Source of the DNA: a virus
Reading direction: 5' to 3' (one strand)
Virus record (IMG/VR): IMGVR_UViG_3300046806_000356
Span: 32,001-96,000 of that record
DNA length: 64,000 nucleotides
Positions 31,068 through 37,777 of this stretch are shown piece after piece. The first letter of the stretch is position 1; each line of letters begins with the position of its first letter. A program made the position numbers and the translations under genes. The notes under the pieces were generated by a model. It did not search any database, had not been told where the DNA came from, and saw nothing but the letters and a program-made list of their open reading frames with translations.

Positions 31068-31394
31068 ATGAAGTTGTCTCAAGTTGTTTTTCGTTTTATT
31101 GATGAATTCTTTATTCAAGAAGCACAGGGCAAAGAGTTTCATGCCTCTCCCTCATGTCAGAAGGAAAGGTGGGAAATCTGCTCAGGTTGTGAACATTATG
31201 ATGAAGAGGAAAAAGGATGTAAGTATTGTCATTGCTATTTGCCCAATAAAATAGCAGATCCCTGGGGTGATTGTCCATTGGATAAATGGATCTCAAATTC
31301 AGAACAATGGCACGAAGAGCACTATAAATTTATTAAAGAGAAGTTAATCTCAAAGTATCCAGAATTAGAAGAGTATTTGAATGGAAAGGATTGA
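31068..31394 (+). CDS. Cys-rich small protein (CxxC...CxxCxC...CP..KW; DUF6171-like)
   Basis: ERWEICSGC...GCKYCHC...DCPLDKW. Confidence 0.7.
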   Translation: MKLSQVVFRFIDEFFIQEAQGKEFHASPSCQKERWEICSGCEHYDEEEKGCKYCHCYLPNKIADPWGDCPLDKWISNSEQWHEEHYKFIKEKLISKYPELEEYLNGKD

Positions 31395-31974
31395 ACTCAA
31401 AGGAACATATGAAGATTTCATAGGATCATACTCCTGCATTGCTGATTCAGATTTTTGTAATGAAATCATTCATACATTTGATTATTATCAGAGTATTGAT
31501 TCTGTATATTGTGAGGATCAACAGTTTGATAATTCTAATGCAGGAAGATTCGACTGGGCACTTGATTTAATCAATATGCAACAGTCAATGAAAGGACAAT
31601 CATCTCAACAATTGAATGAGATTCTTAAGTCATGTTTAGAAGAGTATACACAAGTCTTCGGACATATGAAACAGGTGCCTTTATATTCATTGTCACAGAA
31701 GGTACAGAAGACTCCTGCTGGTGGTGGTTATCATGTTTGGCATGATGAGAATAGTGGACTTGATCACTGTTCAAGAGCATTGGTTTGGATGTTATATTTG
31801 AATGATGATTATAAAGGAGGAGAGACTGAGTTCTTGTATTATAAGAAACGTATTCAACCAGAGAAGGCAAAGTTATTGATTTGGCCTGCTGGTATGACTC
31901 ATGCTCATCGTGGAGGATTAGTTTTGGAAGGAACTAAGTATATTGTAACAGGTTGGTTTTATTTGGGAAGATGA
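31381..31974 (+). CDS. 2OG-Fe(II) oxygenase
   Basis: YHVWHDE, YLND..GGETEF, THAHRG, KYIVTGW. Confidence 0.88.
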   Translation: MERIELKGTYEDFIGSYSCIADSDFCNEIIHTFDYYQSIDSVYCEDQQFDNSNAGRFDWALDLINMQQSMKGQSSQQLNEILKSCLEEYTQVFGHMKQVPLYSLSQKVQKTPAGGGYHVWHDENSGLDHCSRALVWMLYLNDDYKGGETEFLYYKKRIQPEKAKLLIWPAGMTHAHRGGLVLEGTKYIVTGWFYLGR

Positions 31975-32234
31975 CACAAAATCAAGAAGAGTTTCCATCA
32001 TTATCGGAACAAGGTAAAAATTTAGCAAAGTTCACCGTCGAAGTTGTAAAGAATGTACTCATAACTTCAGACCCACAAATCTATGCTTCTCATCAATTAC
32101 AAAAGGAAAGACTTGATACTTGTAAGACGTGTGAGTATTATAGTGTAAGGCAGGAACGTTGTAAGCATTGTGGTTGTTGGTTACAGCATAAGGTTAAATT
32201 TGAGGCTGCCTATTGTCCGATTCAAAAATGGTAG
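31971..32234 (+). CDS. Cys-rich small protein, paralogue of 31068-31394
   Basis: ERLDTCKTC...RCKHCGC...YCPIQKW. Confidence 0.72.
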   Translation: MTQNQEEFPSLSEQGKNLAKFTVEVVKNVLITSDPQIYASHQLQKERLDTCKTCEYYSVRQERCKHCGCWLQHKVKFEAAYCPIQKW

Positions 32235-32303
32235 CCAATTATACCAAAATAGGTTAAATTTAATTAAAAAACATAATAAAAAACTATTATGTATTGTTAA
32301 TAA

Positions 32304-32335
32304 CATTCTCAATAACTACTTACTTATTGAGAATG
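32304..32335. repeat. Perfect 12-bp inverted repeat (hairpin)
   Basis: CATTCTCAATAA-ctacttac-TTATTGAGAATG. Confidence 0.9.
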
Positions 32336-32424
32336 AAGATCTCATAAAGGATCTCATAAAGACCTCTGAGACTTGTGTTTAATGTGCTATAAATGCCTCT
32401 GAGACTTGTGACCTTTGCCTGCGC

Positions 32425-32454
32425 ATTATAGCACGAGACCTTGCGAAATGTCAA
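32425..32454 (-). promoter_or_regulatory. Consensus sigma70 promoter on the minus strand with no downstream gene
   Basis: Reverse complement reads TTGACA-18 bp-TATAAT with an extended -10 TG. Confidence 0.75.
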
Positions 32455-32488
32455 CCCCCCGAAAAAATGTCACGAGATCTTTACAAAA

Positions 32489-32695
32489 TCTCGACGAGAC
32501 ATTCACAAATCATCATAATTCTCGACGAGCATCATATATACATACACGAATCTCGACGAGACCAGGCATCATACTTGCATCTTGTCGAGATTCATGCTAT
32601 AATCATACAGTACTCACACAATCTCGACGAGCATGTACGACGATTACGATCTCGACTACACATACAGCAACGATTATGGGCAAGATCTCGACGAG
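32489..32695. repeat. Array of TCTCGACGAG(A) palindromes
   Basis: Exact TCTCGACGAG at 32489, 32520, 32551, 32622 and 32686; inverted variant TCTTGTCGAGA at 32580. Confidence 0.9.
32575..32603 (+). promoter_or_regulatory. Sigma70-type promoter
   Basis: TTGCAT-17-TGcTATAAT. A second TTGCAT-17-TGaTATAAT lies at 32757-32785. Confidence 0.7.
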
Positions 32696-32779
32696 TATGC
32701 ACAAGATGCAGACATTGACGAGGAGTACACACGAGATGGGCAAGACTACGAGACACTTGCATATCGTCATTATGCATGA
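32633..32779 (+). CDS. Asp/Tyr-rich acidic peptide (48 aa)
   Basis: MYDDYDLDYTYSNDYGQDLDEYAQDADIDEEYTRDGQDYETLAYRHYA, directly after the promoter. Confidence 0.6.
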   Translation: MYDDYDLDYTYSNDYGQDLDEYAQDADIDEEYTRDGQDYETLAYRHYA

Positions 32780-32811
32780 TATAATGTAGTACACATCGCA
32801 CAGGGGTTCTT

Positions 32812-32961
32812 ATGGTCACACAGAAACGCCTACTTACTGTTACATTAGACATCATGTGTTATGATGATCTAGATGTAGAACATATGGACTGGAAAGAGTT
32901 ATTAGAACTCGAAGGTACTGAGGAAGTCTATTGTAGCATCAAAGAGTATGATCCGTTCTAG
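32812..32961 (+). CDS. Small acidic hypothetical protein (49 aa)
   Basis: MVTQKRLLTVTLDIMCYDDLDVEHMDWKELLELEG...; own promoter and AGGGG RBS. Confidence 0.65.
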   Translation: MVTQKRLLTVTLDIMCYDDLDVEHMDWKELLELEGTEEVYCSIKEYDPF

Positions 32962-33043
32962 CCTTGTGCCAGTTTGAAGATTGGATCTCATTCTCAATAG
33001 TACAAGACTTATTGATTCTCAATAGTAGAATCTTATTGAGAAT

Positions 33044-33103
33044 GAGGACAGTCGAGAGACTGGCACAGTAGAGGTTGCATAGTGTGCGGCCTCGTGATAT
33101 TCT
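33044..33103 (+). promoter_or_regulatory. Palindrome-linked early promoter cassette 11
   Basis: GAGGACA-GTCGAGAGAC-TGGCACA; TTGCAT(33075)-17-TATTCT(33098). Confidence 0.75.
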
Positions 33104-33154
33104 ACATTCGTGGTTGAGACATTCTCTACATTCTCTCTCACCACGAAAATATTA

Positions 33155-33403
33155 ATGAAACTCTTTGCCTCTAAGTTCTACCAAACTCTGGTGCTGAATG
33201 TTGCCACGATTGCTGCAATTGTCGTGGGTTTGTATCAGTTTGCAGTTCGTGCCTACGATGAGAATCAAGGACCAGAAAAGACTCGCAAGGTGATTCAAAC
33301 CGTGCTGCAGTTCGTTAATGCAATTGAGTCACAATTGCAGGCAGTTGTTGATATCGATGTGCCAGTCGTGAAAGTGGCACATAAAACTACCAAACGTCGT
33401 TAA
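33155..33403 (+). CDS. Hypothetical membrane protein
   Basis: Hydrophobic segment; C-terminus reads through cassette 12. Confidence 0.65.
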   Translation: MKLFASKFYQTLVLNVATIAAIVVGLYQFAVRAYDENQGPEKTRKVIQTVLQFVNAIESQLQAVVDIDVPVVKVAHKTTKRR

Positions 33404-33416
33404 GATCTGATATATT
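33358..33416 (+). promoter_or_regulatory. Palindrome-linked early promoter cassette 12
   Basis: TGTGCCA-GTCGTGAAAG-TGGCACA; TGaTATATT with -10 at 33411. Confidence 0.82.
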
Positions 33417-33442
33417 ACATTCGTTACTGAAACACCAACCAA

Positions 33443-33655
33443 ATGAAGATTATCTACACCCGACAGAATGTCGATGGCAGTTATGATCAGTGTGGAATGA
33501 ACAATCAGCGTTTGACTAGTCACTACAAGACAACTTCGGGGTTTCTTCGTTATGGTATCCCGAGCAACTTCTATGGTAACACTTTGAAGTTGGAAGTGTG
33601 GTATGGTGATAACATCTACCGCAACCCTGATAAAGTGATGTATGTGACAGTCTGA
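33443..33655 (+). CDS. Hypothetical protein
   Basis: 70 aa; single gene between cassettes 12 and 13. Confidence 0.7.
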   Translation: MKIIYTRQNVDGSYDQCGMNNQRLTSHYKTTSGFLRYGIPSNFYGNTLKLEVWYGDNIYRNPDKVMYVTV

Positions 33656-33702
33656 CTAGTGGCACAAGGGGGGTTGCGGAATCCCCCAATCCGTTCTACA
33701 TT
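33643..33702 (+). promoter_or_regulatory. Palindrome-linked early promoter cassette 13
   Basis: TGTGACA-GTCTGACTAG-TGGCACA; TTGCGG-17-TACATT; about 45 bp nearly identical to cassette 14. Confidence 0.82.
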
Positions 33703-33729
33703 ACATTCGTACCTGAGAAAACCACTCAA

Positions 33730-34155
33730 ATGCCCGTGACTCTGCAAGTAAACTACAAAGAAGTCTTCGCAATTGAGACTGTTGAGTTCATCGAAGAGAA
33801 CTGTGTTGAAGGTGAGTATGATTTAGATGATGCTCTCAAGTTTATTGATGAGCACAATGAGTCAGACTTCGTTGCTTATTATGATGAGTATGTTCGTGTT
33901 GGTGAGAATATTGGTTATGATGTAGTTGATGCCTTTATTGAATATCACGGTGATGTTTCGTATGTTGAGAATGTAGAAGATGCCTATCGTGGGTATTATT
34001 CTGATGAGGCAACATTTGCCGAAGAAGTTATCACTGAGGTTTATGGGTATGATATTCCTGCCTACGTAGTTGTTGATTGGCAGGCAACCTGGGAACAGAA
34101 TCTTCGTTATGATTATGATTTCGTAGATGGTTACGTATTCTCCAGCAGTTTCTAA
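33730..34155 (+). CDS. ArdA-like antirestriction (DNA-mimic) protein
   Basis: Very acidic; EDAYRGYYSDEATFAEE...DIPAYVVVDWQATW..L..DY.F.DGYVF resembles the ArdA C-terminal domain. Confidence 0.72.
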   Translation: MPVTLQVNYKEVFAIETVEFIEENCVEGEYDLDDALKFIDEHNESDFVAYYDEYVRVGENIGYDVVDAFIEYHGDVSYVENVEDAYRGYYSDEATFAEEVITEVYGYDIPAYVVVDWQATWEQNLRYDYDFVDGYVFSSSF

Positions 34156-34171
34156 CACTTAGTGTAGGGGG

Positions 34172-34231
34172 TGTGCCGGTTCAGATACTGGCACAAGACC
34201 CCTTGCAAAATCCCCCGATCCGTTCTACATT
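34172..34231 (+). promoter_or_regulatory. Palindrome-linked early promoter cassette 14
   Basis: TGTGCCG-GTTCAGATAC-TGGCACA; TTGCAA-17-TACATT. Confidence 0.85.
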
Positions 34232-34254
34232 ACATTCGTACCTGAGAAAACCAC

Positions 34255-34380
34255 ATGGAAGATACACTCTGGTCTGAGATTGCAGACATGGATGGTGAAA
34301 TCTTCGATATGGAGATTCCTGAACTTAAGCAAGAAAAGTTCGATTTCAATGAGTACCTCAACGCAAACTACGATTACTGA
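34255..34380 (+). CDS. Acidic peptide (41 aa)
   Basis: MEDTLWSEIADMDGEIFDMEIPELKQEKFDFNEYLNANYDY. Confidence 0.6.
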   Translation: MEDTLWSEIADMDGEIFDMEIPELKQEKFDFNEYLNANYDY

Positions 34381-34384
34381 AACT

Positions 34385-34531
34385 ATGGAAGTTCTAGAAC
34401 TCAACCAAGACGACATTCAGGCACTGCTTACTCTCATTGAGTTTCATGATGATTGGGATGAGGTGAGTGAAATTGTGGGCACAAATGTTGCTCTACTCTA
34501 TGATAAAGTTGCCGCACTTCGTACCTACTGA
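34385..34531 (+). CDS. Acidic peptide (48 aa)
   Basis: MEVLELNQDDIQALLTLIEFHDDWDEVSE... Confidence 0.6.
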   Translation: MEVLELNQDDIQALLTLIEFHDDWDEVSEIVGTNVALLYDKVAALRTY

Positions 34532-34659
34532 TGACACCTGACACTCTCAACTTTACTGGTGATGGTATCACCTTCCTTGGTTTGATTGGTGTGATTAGCA
34601 CCGCAATCATCGTGGTTTCAGTATTTCGTTCCTTCTACAAATCACCTCTGAACAAATGA
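34531..34659 (+). CDS. Single-pass membrane peptide (42 aa)
   Basis: MTPDTLNFTGDGITFLGLIGVISTAIIVVSVF... Confidence 0.6.
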   Translation: MTPDTLNFTGDGITFLGLIGVISTAIIVVSVFRSFYKSPLNK

Positions 34660-34862
34660 AGTTCCAAGTTACCGAAATTGAGTTTGATTTCACCACTGAT
34701 GATCTCAACAATCTTCCAACATTAGGTTATCAAGAAGACATCACCAATGACACAATCGGTCAAATCTGGGATGCTGATGATGGAGATGATTTAGTTGAAG
34801 AGATCACATGTGCCACTGGTTGGTGCATCAAGTCCATTGATTATCGTCACATTCTTTCCTGA
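34656..34862 (+). CDS. Acidic hypothetical protein
   Basis: MKFQVTEIEFDF...WDADDGDDLVEEITCATGWCIKSIDY. Confidence 0.7.
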   Translation: MKFQVTEIEFDFTTDDLNNLPTLGYQEDITNDTIGQIWDADDGDDLVEEITCATGWCIKSIDYRHILS

Positions 34863-34878
34863 ACCTCCAATGACATAA

Positions 34879-34938
34879 TGTGCCACTTCAGATACTGGCA
34901 CACTGACCCCCTGAGACCGTCCCTTGACCCTGTAGGAT
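34879..34938 (+). promoter_or_regulatory. Palindrome-linked early promoter cassette 15
   Basis: TGTGCCA-CTTCAGATAC-TGGCACA; TAGGAT at 34933; leader shared with cassette 19. Confidence 0.82.
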
Positions 34939-34965
34939 AAGTAAGAACCAAACGAAACCAACTCA

Positions 34966-35142
34966 ATGACTGACACCATCAAAGAGTTTTTTACCGAAGC
35001 AGAATGGGATCTGATCTATTCTCTGGTTGGAAACAATCGAGAGTTCTGTGAAGATACTGAAGAAGATCCCGTGGAGGATTATGATAGCATTGTAAATAAG
35101 ATTCATAAGTTATTTGAACCCGAATCCATCGAACCTTCCTGA
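34966..35142 (+). CDS. Acidic hypothetical protein (58 aa)
   Basis: MTDTIKEFFTEAEWDLIYSL...; lies with its promoter between 19-bp direct repeats. Confidence 0.65.
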   Translation: MTDTIKEFFTEAEWDLIYSLVGNNREFCEDTEEDPVEDYDSIVNKIHKLFEPESIEPS

Positions 35143-35149
35143 ACCTCCA

Positions 35150-35323
35150 ATGACTGACCTTCGTTATTCTACTGGTGAGGAACTTGAACAGTTCCTCTAT
35201 GAGAAATGCAGGCAAGATCCTGACTTGCTTGCTACCATCATCAACGAGTATGTATGCTCTTTGAGTGATAACAAACTGATTGAACTTGAAGACTTTCTCA
35301 CTAACAACTTCGGAGACAACTGA
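35150..35323 (+). CDS. Acidic hypothetical protein
   Basis: MTDLRYSTGEELEQFLYEKC... Confidence 0.65.
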   Translation: MTDLRYSTGEELEQFLYEKCRQDPDLLATIINEYVCSLSDNKLIELEDFLTNNFGDN

Positions 35324-35547
35324 TGACACTCAACAAAGAACAATTCTCCAAACTGGTTGAGAATTATGCCAGTCACATTATCGAAGGATTATCTAATGAT
35401 TCCCTTGAATTGATGGTCTTCGATCTACTCACCCGTGAGTATGAGACCTATACTGAAGAGCAGATTGTTGGTGAGATCGAAGAACTTTATGGTGAGGAAG
35501 TTGCTGCCGATTTGTTAGAATCAGCAACTGATGTGCCAGTTGCCTAA
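35323..35547 (+). CDS. Acidic hypothetical protein
   Basis: 74 aa; ends inside cassette 16. Confidence 0.7.
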   Translation: MTLNKEQFSKLVENYASHIIEGLSNDSLELMVFDLLTREYETYTEEQIVGEIEELYGEEVAADLLESATDVPVA

Positions 35548-35590
35548 GTGTCCACTACGGGTTGACTTTCCCCCCAACCCGTGCCATACT
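35532..35590 (+). promoter_or_regulatory. Palindrome-linked early promoter cassette 16
   Basis: TGTGCCA-GTTGCCTAAG-TGTCCAC; TTGACT(35562)-17-CATACT. Confidence 0.82.
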
Positions 35591-35628
35591 TAACAAGTAA
35601 ACAATCAATCCTTACGAGGAGATTACAA

Positions 35629-36228
35629 ATGACTAAAACTGAACAATTCATTCAAGCACTTCAATCAGTGCCCCAATCTGTATACAAAGATTTCACAGAT
35701 CGTGCCAAAGTTGTTGCACTCCAATACCCTACTTCTTTCGGTATTGATTGCTTTGCACGTGGTGAAGGTATCGAATACGGGTTTCTGCAAAGTGTAACAG
35801 ACTACATCGATTTGCAGGCAAACGATAAAGGTCAGGCAAACGATCCTGATTATCTTTTTGCCGGTAACATTCTGACTGATGCGAAGACACAATGTGGCGG
35901 ACTGAAACCACAACAATCTGGTAAGAAGTTGTTTTATACTAACCAGTGGGATATTCAGAAGAAGGCACAAGGTGCATCTGAGTTTAAGTCCAAGGCAGAT
36001 TCTTACGTGTTGATTGATCCTCACTATGCACGGATTGCCGTGATTGATAGTGCAGTATTCTACACCAAGAAGTTCACTCAAGGATCGGCACGTATTAGTT
36101 TCTCCGTGAAACCTGAAGAAGTGACTATGATTTATGATGGTGCAGATTCTGTGCTTGATATTAAAGTGGCACACAATTCCAGGGATATCTATCGGGCAAT
36201 CTGGGAGAATGCAGCAACTCACGTTTAA
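35629..36228 (+). CDS. PD-(D/E)XK restriction-endonuclease-like protein
   Basis: NDPDY...TDAKTQ motif; GAGGAG RBS; resembles ORF 8732-9289. Confidence 0.55.
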   Translation: MTKTEQFIQALQSVPQSVYKDFTDRAKVVALQYPTSFGIDCFARGEGIEYGFLQSVTDYIDLQANDKGQANDPDYLFAGNILTDAKTQCGGLKPQQSGKKLFYTNQWDIQKKAQGASEFKSKADSYVLIDPHYARIAVIDSAVFYTKKFTQGSARISFSVKPEEVTMIYDGADSVLDIKVAHNSRDIYRAIWENAATHV

Positions 36229-36230
36229 GA

Positions 36231-36289
36231 TGTGACAGTCGGGGAACCGTCCACTGGTTCCCCCATTCCCCCCGATTCCGTGCCATACT
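36231..36289 (+). promoter_or_regulatory. Palindrome-linked early promoter cassette 17
   Basis: TGTGACA-GTCGGGGAAC-CGTCCAC; CATACT at 36284, 6 bp before ATG 36296 (leaderless-like). Confidence 0.78.
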
Positions 36290-36295
36290 AACAGC

Positions 36296-37189
36296 ATGAA
36301 AAACACACACCTACAACACCCCGAAGATTCTATCCTGACAGGTGATCTGTCAGTGTTAGACTGGTTCGTGAATCCCGGTCATCTCAGTGTTAAGATTGAT
36401 GGTGCCCCTGCTATTGTCTGGGGCACGAATCCTGCAACGGGTAAGTTCTTCGTGGGCACCAAAAGTGTCTTTAACAAAGTTAAAATCAAAATCAACGAAT
36501 CACATGAGGAAATTGATGCGAACCACACTGGCGAAGTTGCAAACATTCTGCACACTTGTTTTGATTGCCTACCTCATACAGACACCGTTTATCAGGGTGA
36601 CTTTATCGGGTTTGGTGGATCTGCTGAATACACCCCCAACACTATCACCTATCAGTTCCCTGAGGTAATTGATCAGAAAATTATCATCGCACCTCACACT
36701 TGCTATTATGCTGAGACGGACCTACGTGATGCTGTAGCAATGCCTGATCGTTCGATCTGGACTGATACTGAGACCGTCAAGTTTGTGCAACCTACAGCAT
36801 CAATCTTCGCAGGTGCTGAATACTTTGCCGACCTTAAAGATGTCTGCAAGTTTGCTAAGGTGATGGCACTGGGAGTTGAGTTTGTAACTCCTAAAGTTTC
36901 GGCACAAATTCAACAGCAACTGAATGCCTGTATTCGTGAAGGTCGCGAAGTGAATCCTGATGACTTTGAGAATCCCAACCTGATCAGTTTCTGGAAGTTG
37001 GTGAAGTCTATCAAAGAGGATGCAGTCTATCTCTGCCGCAATGATGGTCCTGCTGCTTACATCAATTACAACCGAATTGATGCCGAAGGTTATGTGATGA
37101 CCAATGAGTTCGGTATGTTTAAGTTGGTCAATCGTGAGGTCTTTAGTTATGCTAACTTTAACTACTCCCGGTTCCAGTGTGCCAGTTGA
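36296..37189 (+). CDS. ATP-dependent ligase-like nucleotidyltransferase (DUF6267-like)
   Basis: KNTHLQHPED; motif I SVKIDG, QGDF, EGYV, FKLV. Confidence 0.65.
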   Translation: MKNTHLQHPEDSILTGDLSVLDWFVNPGHLSVKIDGAPAIVWGTNPATGKFFVGTKSVFNKVKIKINESHEEIDANHTGEVANILHTCFDCLPHTDTVYQGDFIGFGGSAEYTPNTITYQFPEVIDQKIIIAPHTCYYAETDLRDAVAMPDRSIWTDTETVKFVQPTASIFAGAEYFADLKDVCKFAKVMALGVEFVTPKVSAQIQQQLNACIREGREVNPDDFENPNLISFWKLVKSIKEDAVYLCRNDGPAAYINYNRIDAEGYVMTNEFGMFKLVNREVFSYANFNYSRFQCAS

Positions 37190-37237
37190 CAAGGTGGCAC
37201 AAACCCCCTTGTGGTTCCCCCCAAAACCTGCAATACT
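37178..37237 (+). promoter_or_regulatory. Palindrome-linked early promoter cassette 18
   Basis: TGTGCCA-GTTGACAAGG-TGGCACA; TGcAATACT with -10 at 37232. Confidence 0.8.
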
Positions 37238-37264
37238 TAACAAGTCAACCAAACGGAGCACCTC

Positions 37265-37591
37265 ATGCGTAAGATCGAATCCCAAATGAATGCTGCCATC
37301 ACTGCCAAAAGTGATTGGAAGTCTGGCAACACTGAGGTTTCTAACATCGACGGTGTGAGTTTTGTGTTCCTTCACGGGAATAAGATTGCAGAAGTCGGTG
37401 ATAACTTTGTGAGGTTGTTTGATGGTGGTTGGCAATCCAATACCACCAAATCCCGTTTGAATGCTATTCTTCAGGGGCACGGATTGCCCGGTGAATGTGT
37501 ATTCCAAAAGCAGTGGACTTGGTTTGTTAATCTTAAGACTGGCAACGGTATTGCAACTGTTCCCTTCTTCTCCTCCATGCGTCTGGCATAA
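37265..37591 (+). CDS. Conserved phage hypothetical protein
   Basis: MRKIESQMNAAI...LHGNKIA...DGGWQSNTTKSRLNAIL. Confidence 0.75.
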   Translation: MRKIESQMNAAITAKSDWKSGNTEVSNIDGVSFVFLHGNKIAEVGDNFVRLFDGGWQSNTTKSRLNAILQGHGLPGECVFQKQWTWFVNLKTGNGIATVPFFSSMRLA

Positions 37592-37657
37592 CATCAAAGA
37601 GAATGGGATGCGCTCTAAAGACACCCTCACTCAAACCACACTATCTAACACTCACTC

Positions 37658-37777
37658 ATGACTTTTGAAATTGCATCTGCCCTGCTGAATCGTGCCACCA
37701 ATGGTAACGATCTCCTGCGTATTCTGGAATCTATCGCATCGGATGAGCAGGACCAGGGGCAGGAGATCCAATTCTAA
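37658..37777 (+). CDS. Small peptide (39 aa)
   Basis: MTFEIASALLNRATNGNDLLRILESIAS...; stop inside cassette 19. Confidence 0.55.
   Translation: MTFEIASALLNRATNGNDLLRILESIASDEQDQGQEIQF

Noticed and set aside
32489-32695. 31-bp periodic repeat as a mini CRISPR array
   Set aside because: The repeat is only 10-11 bp, spacers are about 21 bp and then irregular, and there are no cas genes in the window.
32415-32855. Track ORFs 32415-32789, 32467-32718, 32592-32855 and 32603-32794
   Set aside because: They overlap promoters and repeats and have no RBS; the 48-aa ORF at 32633 fits the promoter better.
36150-36173. TGTGCTT-N10-TGGCACA inside the nuclease gene as a 20th promoter cassette
   Set aside because: No -10 box at the expected 29-30 bp; may be a relic or chance, so it was not counted.
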